Shown here piece by piece: positions 41,099-64,000 of a DNA stretch of 64,000 nucleotides. The notes beneath the pieces were generated by a model that saw nothing but the letters and a program-made list of their open reading frames with translations, searched no databases and had not been told where the DNA came from. The stretch lies in the NCBI RefSeq assembly GCF_009914755.1, contig NC_060941.1; one strand, written 5' to 3'. The stretch comes from the human T2T-CHM13v2.0 reference genome, Homo sapiens. A program made the position numbers and the translations under genes. Numbering within the stretch: the first letter of the stretch is position 1; the number at the start of each line of letters is the position of its first letter.

Positions 41099-41283
41099 AA
41101 GGTTGCCAGATGAAACAGAGGATACCCAATTAATCCTGAATTTCAGATTAATGATGAATAATTTTTTAGTATAAGTGTCCCAAATATTGCATAGCACCCA
41201 GTTACTTTTTAAAATATTCATTAATCTGAAATTCAAGTTTAACTGGAGTCCTGTATTTTTATTTGCTAAATCTAGTAATACTA
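41099..41283. mobile_element. MER53 palindromic MITE
   Basis: aggttgccagat...gaatttcagattaatgatgaata...atctgaaattcaagtttaactggagtcctgtatttttatttgctaaatct. Confidence 0.8.
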
Positions 41284-43140
41284 TCTCACTCTCCTTCAGA
41301 AGCTCCCTCCCCAAGGTCCACTGCAGGGTTTTGATTGAATCAGCCGCTGTGTTACAGTCTGTTCTTTTTGGGGGGATATGGGTTGAGTACAGGGTCTTGC
41401 TGTGTTGCCCATGCTGGCCTCAAACTCCTGGCCTCAAACGATCCTCCTGAGCAGCTGGGACTACAGGCATGCACTGCCACGCCCACCTCGCAGAAGGAAG
41501 GAGGACCTTCCTACTAGTTACCTGACAAGGCTGGAAGCTCTCTAAGAGCAAGGGGCAGGCCAGCTTCATGTCCACTACCTCTGGGGCACCAACCCAGGCA
41601 GGGATGCTTCTTATGAATGTGCAGAGGGCATCCTCAAAGAGGGGACATAGATGGCAAAGAGATCCATCCTCAACTCCAGAAATCTTGAGGCTCCCTGACG
41701 GGGATGCGTCTGCACATCCTTTTTCTCATTGGTCTGCCCAGAGAAGTGCCTTTTTAAAATTGGTATGCCCAGGATGGATGCCCCTTTTTCATTGGTTGGT
41801 TGGAAGGTGAACAGGACCTGTTTCCAATTAGTCTCCCTCAAAGGAATGCCTGTTTCTTTTTATTTTGTTTCTTTTTATTTCGTTCTTTAGAGACAGGGTC
41901 TTGCTCTGACTCTCAGGCTGGAGTACAGTGGCATAATCAGGGCTCACTGCAGCCTTGACCTCTCAAGCTCAAGCCATCCTCCCACCTCAGCCTCCGGAGT
42001 AGCTGAGACTACAGGACACACCACCACGCCCGGCCAGGAATGCCTGTTTCTAAAATGTTTATTCTGGCTGGGAATGCCTGCTCTAAAATGTCTATTCTGA
42101 CTGAGTGCGGTGGCTCACACCTGTAATCCCAACATTTCAGGAGGCCAAGATGGGAGGATCACTTGAGCCCAGGAATTCAAGACCAGCCTGGCCAACATAG
42201 TGAGACACACTATGTCTGTGTCACATCCCAGAGGTTCTCCATTTCAGCTTCACTGGGAAGAGACGGTAAGAGGAGAAGTCATGGTTCTCTGGAGGGCTGA
42301 ATGTCTGGGAGGAGACAAGCTTGGCCACTTGGAAAGCTGATCCTGACTCTCTCTGCATCCCAGCCTAGCTCTGGTCCCTGAACCCCTCAAACTAGCACCA
42401 CTGTGCATTTGAAAGTTGACTTTCTCTATTTTCCTTTTGTGTTCTTGGTTGGATTATTTCATCCCATCCTTTCCTCTCCCTATGCCATCTCTGCTTGTGG
42501 TCACCTTGAAGTGCCATCCAGACTTGAAACTGCCTGCAAGAATTTATGCAGAACAAAGCTTTCTCCACCCATATGCTTACCCTGGGCTTCAACCCTGCCT
42601 TTGCGTAGGATGTCTCTTTCCCGGGAAGATAACATATTTCCATGGTTTGAATTTGGGCAGCAGGAGGTTCCGGTTCCCTTCTTCCTCTGAAGATTACTCA
42701 TAAATCCCAGAGCACCAAATTCTGTGATCTTCAAAATCCAGGGGCCTGTGAAGCCCCACAAGTGTGACTTGCTGCATGTTTTCATGTCTAGTACACATCC
42801 TGAGCCAAAATCACTTTGGATGGGGTGGGGAGGGTGGGCAGCAGCTTGCTGTGTGGATGCTGGGAGGATGGGAGGGGGTCCAAGGAGAAAAGGAAGATGA
42901 AATCGGGGCAGTTTATTGAGAAGAGACTCAGTTCATAGCAAGGGAATCTGGAGAGTGACTGGAGAATGGCTTTGGATCAGGGATTCTCAAACCATGACCC
43001 AAAGATTACCCACATCCAAAAGAATACTGTGGTGGCAAGTCCCTATGTTAATCCAATACCATTATTTCCTACTCTGGTAGGAGTGGGTGTGGGGATGGGA
43101 ATGAGGAGTTGGAACAAATGATAGTGATTAATACTGTTGA

Positions 43141-43626
<486 letters not shown>

Positions 43627-44936
43627 TAATGGAAACTGTAATTCAACCTGGATGCTATAACTCCAGATCTAGGGCCTATAAATACTACACTATCTTACCT
43701 CAAGTCAAATTTATAAAATATGATTCTTAGATCACTTGCATTGAATCACCTGAAAAATTCAGATTCCAGACCCCTACTCCAGACCTACTGAATTACTAAT
43801 TAGTAAATACCAGCTTCCAGGAGGAAGATAGGTTTTCCCAGGGTCTGTTTCTCTCCTTCCTTTTCTCCCTGTTTTGGCTGAGCAGATTCCTGACCCAGCT
43901 TGGATGGTAGTTCTCTTCACAGCTCCTCTTCAAAGAGAGCTGCTTCTCCTCCCTCCCTCTCTCTGCACTGGGGCTTGGCTTAGATCCACAGTGCCTCCCA
44001 GCACTCCCAGAGTGGACAGGATTCTGTGGAATTCATGCCAGGGCCTGGGCACATTGCCTGCCCAGGGGAGTGTCTGGCAGTGGCTGCTTCCCAGCCATTC
44101 CTCCTGCTCTGACAGAAGACAACAGCAGGACCTCTTGAATCAGGCAGGATGTGTGAGCCTGGACAAGGTTCCTCTGGGCCTCAGTTTCTCTCTTTGTAAT
44201 ATGTGGAACAATCAGCTTTGTCTCTGCCCCTTCCTCCTCCCCAGGAAGTGTGTGGAACACAATGTAGATTTTCTCAGGAAGAATTCTGGGCTCTGGGGAC
44301 AGGCACTCAAGAGACCAACCTCAAACACATAAGCAGAGGAATAATTAGCAGAATAATGAGGACATGATGTTAGATTGGGAGAGCTGAAGAGGAGGCCTTC
44401 CTGAGTTGTGAGGACTTTTGCCGTGATAATTTAAATTCATTTTTGAGCATAGCCTCTGCATTTTTAGCTGTGATTCAATTCCAGAAGCCCTGACTCTAGC
44501 AACCATCTCTGCCTCTGGAAGGGAAATGTCCTCTCTCTGGCACGTGGGGATATGGTCTCAGCAGTCTGGGTCCCATTCACAGGCATACCTCACTGTCTGC
44601 TCCCCCGTACGTGTACACATATGCTCATACGGGACTGGAAAAAGTAAGAAATTTGGAGCAAGATAAACCTGAGTTTGAATCTCAACTTTTTCACATTCTC
44701 TGTGACTTTTGCAAGTCAACTAACCTCTCTGAGTTTCTGCCATTATAAAATGGGAGGAAAATAATTCCTGCCTTTTCTGCTATCCCGTGTGCAATGCGGA
44801 ACAAGCTAGACAATTAGAAAGTGCTAAATCCGGCTGGGCGCGGTGGCTTAAGCCTGTAATCCCAGCACTTTGGGAAGCCAAGGAGGGCAGATTACTTGAG
44901 ATCAGGAGTTCGAGACCAGCCTGAAAAACATGGTGA

Positions 44937-45032
<96 letters not shown>

Positions 45033-45088
45033 TGAGGTCAGGAGTTCGAGACCAGCCTGACCAACATGGAGAAACCCCATGTCTACTA

Positions 45089-45250
<162 letters not shown>

Positions 45251-46122
45251 TCAAAGAAAGAAAGAAAGAAAGAAAGTGTTAAATCCTGCAAAGTGCTGGA
45301 TATTGGGTGCACAGACCTGAAAGCACAGTCATGCATTCTGTGCACAGGTTCACACTGGAGCACGCTTACATCCAAATGACATACACAAACCTGCCCCAGG
45401 ACAGTCACACGAGCACCTCCGCTCCTGGCAATGATCTGTGTCTCAGAGCAGCCCCATCTTCCCTAACTCTCATCATGGTCTAGCAGGGCGTCATCCTCTT
45501 CTTGTTTTTTACTCACACCAGGACCCAGCAGACTTGCAAGGAGCACAATAAAAGCCTGGCCAATCTGGCGCTGTGCCCCACTTCCCTTCCACATAAAGGC
45601 TGTCTAACCACCAGGCATCTGGCCTGAAAGCCTGGGCCAGGACCTGCTCAGCATCTGCTGCTTTGCTTAAAAGACCTGCTAACAGGAAAGTGTCTGGTTC
45701 CTTTCTACCCAAACAGGAAGCGCCTGCCACTGTTGGGAGGACGGGGTAGCCTGGTCATTTACAAGGAGCCTCCCTCTCCTGCACTGGAGCCTCAGAGTAA
45801 TCACCCTGGCAGGGCCGCTCTCTAGGAAGGCCAGGGGAGAAGGGCTTCAGGGACGCCTCCACTGGGGTGGGAGTGGGGTGGTGACAACAGCTACACACTG
45901 CCTGTGGCAATTGGCACCAGGTGGTTGTCGTTCTTTCAACAAACACTCACTGAACACTTACTCTGTGCCCCATGAGAGACATAAGGAAGTCCTAGATAAG
46001 GCCTTTGAGCTTGAGGAGTTTAAAGACGAGACAGAAAGACAAGTCATGCTCTTTTTTTCCCCCATTTATTTATTCATTTATTACATGCCATTGTTTTTTC
46101 CTTTTTAAAAATGCTAGTGTTG

Positions 46123-50035
<3,913 letters not shown>

Positions 50036-51004
50036 TGCCTGGGTGATGGCTTAAGTTTGTTGCAGATAACCATTTGCAATGGAATCATTTCCAGGCAAAG
50101 ACCTGGAATGCAGGAGGGCACAGGAGTCAGTCTGTGGTAGAGAAGGACCCTTGGAAAGAGGCCCCAGAGCAATGCAGACCTGGGAGGAGTTCTTTGTATC
50201 CCAGTGTGGGAGAACAGCGACACTGTGAAAAGAACACTGAGCATTGTCCAAAGGCCTGGGTATGAGTTCTCATCAGCTGTGTGAATTTGCTCAAGAGTTT
50301 CACCTCCCTGAGCTGCAGTGTCCTAATTGACCAAATGTGGATAGCAGCACTACCTGTTTCATAGGCCCATTCTAGAAATAATGGATATAGAAAATGTTAG
50401 TCCTTTGATTACATTCCTCAGAAGTTCCCCATTGTTTTAAATTTAATGTTCAAACTCCTCTGTAAGGCACACATGGCTCTTTGGAATGTGGCTTCTGCCT
50501 ACTTCTTTCACTCCATTTATTACAACTCCTCACTCCTGCAACTCCATAGACCAGCCAGACTGAACCACTTGCAATTCCCAGAACTTTGCTCTCTCCCAGT
50601 CTTTGCAAATACAACCCTTTCTGCCTGGAGCATGATGTTCCTGGTATATCCTCGCTGCCTAATTCCTGTACTTTCTTCAAAGTTCAGTTTAGGGGGCACC
50701 TCCCACAGGAAGCCCTCTTTGATACCCCCCATCCTTCATGTGGGCAAGGTGCCCTTCTTTTGTGTTTTCAGAGCGCACTCTGCATCCTCCAATCCTAGCA
50801 CATCCAGCAGTTGATTGAAATCACAGGTTTGGCAGGACAAGATAGAGTTAGTGCAGGTCCTGATGCACGGGTGGCAGCAGGTCAGCAGACACGCAGCCTC
50901 TGAGACTATCTACAGAATTTTATCAGGACAAATGGTGTGAGGGTTGGTACATTAGTAGGGGAAGACAAATACAGAAACAAATAGTATGAAGACAACAAGA
51001 AACT

Positions 51005-51329
51005 TTTTGGAACATGGATGGAGCTGGAGGCTATTCTCCTTAGCAAACTAACAGGAACGGAAAACCAAATACTGCATATTCTCACTTATTATAGGTGGGA
51101 GCCAAATGATGAGAATTTATGAACACAAAGAAGGAAACAACAGACACTGGGGTGTACTTGAGTGGGGAGGGTGGGAGGAGGGAGAGGAGCAGAAAAGATA
51201 ACTATTGGGTACTGGGCTTAATATGTGGGTGATGAAATAATATGTACAACAAATCCCTGTGACATGTGTTTATCTGTGTAACAAACCTTCACATGTACCC
51301 CCAAACCTAACATAAAAGTTAAAAAAAAA
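51005..51329 (+). mobile_element. L1PA (L1PA16-like) 3' end
   Basis: aacatggatggagctggagg...ggggagggtgggagg...gggtgatgaaataatatgtacaacaaa...aaaagttaaaaaaaaa. Confidence 0.88.
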
Positions 51330-52789
51330 GAAATCACAGGTTCACACTGTTCCTGTTATGAGACTGTAGTTCCTGGAAGGCAGAGGCTCTCCTTCCTATT
51401 TCTGTCTCTCCAAGGCCTTCCAGAGCCTGTCACATAGTAAACCTCCAGAGATGGCAATTGAAGGAGAAGTGAATGAATAAATGGTGGTACAAACTTAAGG
51501 AGTCGATGAGTAACACTTTTGGTATTTCCTTCTTTGAAAAAAATTCTCAAAAAAAGAAAATAAATAAAAAAGAACAACCCTCTAGGTCCCTTTAGGGATC
51601 TTCTAGAATTACCTCTTCCCCTCCCCTCCATAACCCAATTCTCTTCTGTTGGACATGCCCATCTTCTCTGCTGAGCTGCCTTCCTCAATATATATGCTAA
51701 ACAGTTTAATGGTTTTTAGTCATGAAATAATTTTCACTCCTTTAGTCTTGCTTGTTGGAACTTATCTAGAGCGTTCTGTGACCCTCTTTATCTAGAGTTG
51801 AGGGCACAATCACTGCTGGTATAATGGGGAGAGATGACCTCACGTCTTTTTTCTGACCTGAAGGTATTAACTCTGAACTTCCCTTTTCACCTCCATTGCA
51901 ACCTGCTCCTCCTTTTGTTCCCTATCACAGTCAATGACACTACCACCCGGCCCCCGTGTCTACGCAGGAAACCCAGAATTCACCCCAGACTCTTCTCTCT
52001 CCACTACCCTCTCCAACCCAGGTGATCACCAGCTCTTGTCTAGTCTACCCCGGGGTATCTCTGAGATCGCTTCACTTACCTCTGTCTCCAGAGCTACTAC
52101 CTAAGTCCAGGGCACTGTCATCTCTCACCAAAATTACTGCACTGGCCACCTAATTGGTCTCTGCTTTTAAGCGCCTCTCATCCCCGTGCATTTTTCATTT
52201 GGCAGCCAGAAAATACAAATCTGATATTACTCCTCTCCTATAAAATCCTCTGGTGAGTGGTTCTCATTTCCTCCAAGATAAAGTGGGAACTCTAATGCAT
52301 TTGACAAGGCCCCAGCTATTTAGCCCCCTCCTTTTCGGGCATCATCTCCTTCTACTCTCCCCTTGAAGAACTACTTGTTACACAACTAGTCTGCAAAGTA
52401 CTTTGCTCACTTCTTTACTCGGTCAACTTCTGCACAACACCTAGGGTTTGGCTCAGATACCATGCCTTCCCGGAAAACGTCTTTGCTGGCTCTCTGAGCT
52501 TTTCCAGCCCGTTTCCTGCTGCAGAGCCCAAGCGGCCTTGGGCCCACCCCGCTGGGCCGTGCAGCATTTTGGTTAAACTCATATGCAATATATCGTTGGG
52601 TTACCAGGCTTCAAATTCCACCTTGGCCGTTTACTAGCTGTACGACCTAGGTCAAATGAATTCTGTCTTCTCATCTGCAACATGGGGAAAATATTTCATC
52701 AGTCTGTTGTGAGAATTAAATGAGATGATGTAAGGTGCCTGACAATTAAGAGTCAGCTATTATTATAGTGCTGAAAATTAAAGCTCGAT

Positions 52790-53960
52790 CCCTCCGCCCC
52801 GCCACATTCTCAGGGTCAGATTCGTGTACGATTTCGTTTTAATGTACCCTTTTCTTCCAGCATCCTTGTTTGCTACTCGGCGAGACAGTTACAACAAACC
52901 GGGAAGCGATCAGGTACGCGAGCTGGTCACGACTCACAGTCCCAGAGCTCGCCGACTCCGAACGCCCCCAGGTGGCCCAAGCACTCTGCAGCAAAAGCCG
53001 CCAGCTAGGACGTACCATTCGAAATTGTAGGGAAAGAAAGGCTTTGCATAACCAAATACTCTGTGTTTATAAGGTCCCTCCTCTTTCGTTTCCTAACCGC
53101 AAATTCCATCACACCCAATAAAGTGAGAAATAGGATTGTAAATAAGACGGAGCAAGTAGGTTCCACTTCCTCCCCGATCGTGATCGTGGCATTGGTACTT
53201 TCTCTTCTCAATTCCCTCTCAATAATGGTACGGCTAGCGGAGGGGGGAATAGAGGGCCCTGGGAAGGCCTCAGGGCTCGGCGGCTAGTACCAGTGCAGAA
53301 ACATCCCTCCTGCCGCAGCTTTGTGGTACCACCCGCTGCCCGCTGATTGGCTGCCGGGGTCCCGCAGTCCGCCTCAGCCCGCCGCGCCGCCCTCAGTACA
53401 GCTCCGGCCGCCGCGCCGCCTGGCTTTCGTATTCGTTGTTCTCGGCGGGCTGTGGGGCCTCCGCGCCGCGGCCGTTAGTCATGTCGGGTAGGTGACTTCT
53501 TCAGCGAGCAGCGGCAGCGACGAGAAGGTCCTGGCGGGGTTGGGCTGTCTTCCCGCCCACCGGAGGGCCCTGAGGAGAAGCCTCCGGCCCTGAGGGAGGC
53601 TTGGGGTGGGGGGGCGGCCGCTGCCGCCGCCATGTTGAACTGGAGGCACGCACGCTCCCAATGGCTCCCCGGCTGCAAATCACGGCGGGAGCGCCTCGGG
53701 CCTCTTGTCTTTTGACCCTGTCCTTGGAACCCGAGGAGACTTGCCGTTCCCGGGGGAGGGTGTGTGTGAGTCGGGGGGCGGAGGCCGTCTACGCCATCGT
53801 AGGGGCGGGGGGAGCCGAGATTAGAGCATCAGCCTGAGAGAAGCGGTGCTTCTGGTTCTCCGCTCCGCCTCGGATCTTTCAGCGAGGCCTCGGGCCAGTC
53901 ATCTCGCCGCCTCGTACCTCAGTTTTCCCATCCTCGAAGTGGAGCTGGGCCTGCCTGACT
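52790..53960 (+). promoter_or_regulatory. TAF15: TAF15 CpG-island promoter
   Basis: CpG-rich; inverted CCAAT (ATTGG) at 53346-53350; GC boxes; YY1-type CCGCCATGTT near 53627-53636. Confidence 0.88.
53481..53487 (+). CDS. TAF15: TAF15 coding exon 1 (MS-D)
   Basis: gtcATGTCGG|gtaggt inside the CpG island. Confidence 0.93.
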
Positions 53961-55729
53961 CACCCATTCATCAGGTGGGGGCCTTGACGCTCTGGGAGCC
54001 CTTTCAAAGGACGTTGCCTTACACGAAATCGTACTTATCGTTATTCACTCTGCAGTAACCACCTGGATTTGAGTTGGGGGTGTTTGCATAGTAATTTAGC
54101 TTCCTCTTCACCCTCCTGCCATTCGTCTTCCCCACCAGTTTATCTCCTGAAAGAGTTTGAAAGTGAGCCTTGTCTATCTATTATTGATAAGCTCCTGTAG
54201 GTGTATGTGGCATTTACCTTAAAACATGCAGACCAAAGGAAAGGCAATCTTTTTTCCCCCCACGAAGCAGTTAACTTGGCAGAGGCCACCCATTGTGTGG
54301 AAGAGAAAGAGAGGCATTAGTCTCTTCAGGACAACCAGTTTGGATCCTGCTAAACCAGAATAAAAAGTCTAGAACATGGATGTCCTCTTGATTTAGCAGA
54401 TCTAGCTGTTCACACAGGGTCCTCTATTGTTAGGCTGCATCACGGGCCGCAAAGACCCAGGTGTCTATCCACTTGCTAGAAACCATCATGAGAGTTAGAT
54501 ACCAGTTTTCTGCTGGAAATACAGAACATTTCCTGAAACCGTGTGGTTGAGGTGAAACAGGCATTTTGCAGTCTTATATTTTGAGTAAGGCCAAACCTGC
54601 CTAGTGTTATAAAACTAGACAAAAAACCCAGGTACCCGGTCTTGCAGGATAGAAATGTGTGACTAAAATGAAGCATCGATCTGAGAAGACTACAAATTAG
54701 CGGGAACCTTTGGACAGGAGCATGCTATACATTACTTAGATTAATGTTGATATTTAAGGAGCCAGGATATTGATTTGTTTTTGAGGGGTGCCCATCTACT
54801 TCATATAAGAGGCTATAAACTGCACTTCTTTCAGTTTCTGCTTAATCCTTGCTCAAACAAGAAATAATTTCTTATTCCAAAGTAGACATTGGTACATCTT
54901 TTTCTAGGTACGTAATTTGGGATGAAGTCTGATAAAGCTCCTTAGAAGTTCTTATAGTACACCCTCACAAGAGTGTATCATCTACCCGTGGTTTAAACAG
55001 AAATTAAAATTCTACCCTCGTGGAGAAATTTACCAAGTTTTAATGGTTTCAGTCCTCATTAAAAACTTTTAGCCTGTCTTGATCTTTAACATAATTATTG
55101 ATATAAAACAATGGCTTCTGTGGAAAGTCGAAGTTTTAGTGGTTTGCTATTTGTAAAATACAGGCTTTTTCATGTATCATATAAGCATATAAGCTGGCTT
55201 AATCATTAGTATTGATCTTCAAGTTACTAAGACACCAGATATTTGTTATTTTGTAGTTCGAGTATTTTTTAAAATACGAAATTGGCTTTTCGGTGTGTGA
55301 AAAGGGCTACTTACTAGACGCTTGTTTTTAAATTAACATTCAATTAATTAAAGCTAGACTCTTTATATTCTTAGGCTTGGTATACTATTTATATGTTTTG
55401 TAATAAGTGTATAAAAATAATACCTTTGACTTTGTGTAAAAATAATGCTTTTGACTTGTTCTTTGATGAATGTTTATTAAAATCCCCCAAAACAACTAAT
55501 GCCATTAATAATTTTAGTTAAGTCCTTTAAACATTCCAGACTACACATGTAAATTTAATATATCAAATTGACTCAACCACTCCAAAAAACCTAATAAAGT
55601 ATAAGCACTGAAGTAATCAATAAATCAAAATTGTAGAAATTATAAGTCAGAGTCTAACATTCAAATACTGTTTACAACGTGAATTAGCTAACACCTTAAC
55701 GAATTCAAATCAGTTACACACATAAAAAT

Positions 55730-62739
<7,010 letters not shown>

Positions 62740-63934
62740 GTTTAAGCAATTGAACTCAACAGTTGTTTTAGAAAAAGCGTTTTATTATGGTGTATAATAT
62801 GCTAATGTGTTTTTTCAGAGCACATTTTTTTAAAATACCATAAAAAATATTAAGCGTTTTTTTAGTGTGCTTACCATCCTCACAGTAAAAAGGAAGTTCT
62901 ATTTTTATGTGAGTGTATATATGCAGTGGGCTTCTCTTACCAAAATACAGCCTTCAACTTATAGGATAAATGTTTTACAGCTCAGTGTAAGATACTCAGA
63001 ATAGCACCTCAGATATCTTGTCAAATTTTAAGCTTCCTGAAAAACAAAACTGATTTGACTTTTTTGATCTTGTAAGATAGTGCTAACTTCCTAGTAGGTA
63101 TCTAGCAAAATGTTTATTTGGTGAAATGTATTTTCAAAAGTTAAGGAATCTTGTTAGCACTTGATACCTTTAAAATGATAAAAAATTTTGCAAGTGTTTT
63201 AGTTTTCTTTGGATATTAGAAAGTCATAGTATAGATTCAGAAAGTTTGTTTCTGACTTGTTAGAGCTTATATACTATAAAATTAATATTCAAATCCCAGG
63301 AGGGTACATTTATTTAGTCAGTCAACAAATATTTATTGAGCTATGTGCCAGGCCCTGCTACAATACTGAGGATACGGTATAATTTCATTCAATGACTGTA
63401 CTGTGGGGATAAACATGCCTCTAATTATTGAGACTTTTAAACTGGACTTCTAGTGCCTCCCTGTGCATCTTTTAGGAAGTTAAAGCCATTTAACTAAGGC
63501 AAATGGTGGGAAAAAATTAATCTGTCAAGATGTGATTAAATTGAGTAAGGTGTTCATTTTTTGTGTAGTCATCATTTTTGTGCTTCAGGTATTTATTATA
63601 AGTCTTGCTATGTAGTTTTTATTCCCCCCACACCCAAGCATAATTCTCTTGGAATTTTCTAGCTCTTACCAAGTTTTGTTTATTTCTGCAAGATTGTGAA
63701 AACAAAACTTTGGGTATTTGTTTCCCATTCAGGAGATCTGGGAGTGACTTCATGTATTTCTTTAACAGTCTTTGATCGTCACCTTTCAATTTAGACTCTA
63801 GAGACAGGGAGATTGATGATTTCTCAGCAAAGAAGCTTGTATTTGAGTTGAAAGTTGAAAATGAAGGCAAGGTCTTCATTTAAACTTTAAAATTTCTACA
63901 CATTTCTTTCAAGTATTAAATTTTTCTTTTGCAG

Positions 63935-63986
63935 TTATTCTACCTATGGAAATCCAGGCAGCCAAGGCTATGGACAAGCATCACAA
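63935..63986 (+). CDS. TAF15: TAF15 exon 3 ([18 protein letters not shown]), QGSY-rich low-complexity domain; gene continues beyond the window
   Basis: ttttgcag|TTATTC ... CAA|gtaggt. Spliced product [33 protein letters not shown] is the FET-family TAF15 N-terminus. Confidence 0.94.
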
Positions 63987-64000
63987 GTAGGTTGAAATAT

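Noticed and set aside
42037-42104. 33-34-bp tandem duplication considered as CRISPR-like or an independent VNTR
   Set aside because: Only two close units with no spacers, in eukaryotic context; better explained as part of the MITE subterminal array plus an Alu TSD.

Overview
Human (primate) genomic DNA that I recognise as the chr17q12 C17orf50-MMP28-TAF15 interval. It holds three protein-coding genes, each rebuilt by hand from GT-AG splice sites. (1) C17orf50, + strand, 3 coding exons (4875-8556), 525 nt = 174 aa. (2) MMP28 (epilysin), - strand, 8 coding exons (39287-10438), 1563 nt = 520 aa, convergent with C17orf50. (3) The first three coding exons of TAF15, + strand (53481-63986), divergent from MMP28 and continuing past the window end. 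There are four CpG islands, more than 50 Alu/FLAM/FAM elements, L1/L2/MIR remnants, several LTRs and MITEs, and microsatellites. Most ORFs in the supplied track are Alu or GC-skew artefacts. I see no evidence of a wholly new biological system. The most unusual structures are retrotransposition scars and splicing or protein features. These are: a 1.86-kb Alu-L1-Alu composite bounded by one 16-bp TSD; an Alu insertion carrying an inverted copy of its own flank, which forms a long hairpin in MMP28 intron 1; a chimeric L1 3' end carrying ~175 bp of foreign DNA inside one TSD; a B-box-like zinc motif in C17orf50; and alternative MMP28 3' ends that could place C17orf50 antisense inside MMP28. Repeat subfamily names come from my memory of consensus sequences, and repeat boundaries are approximate.
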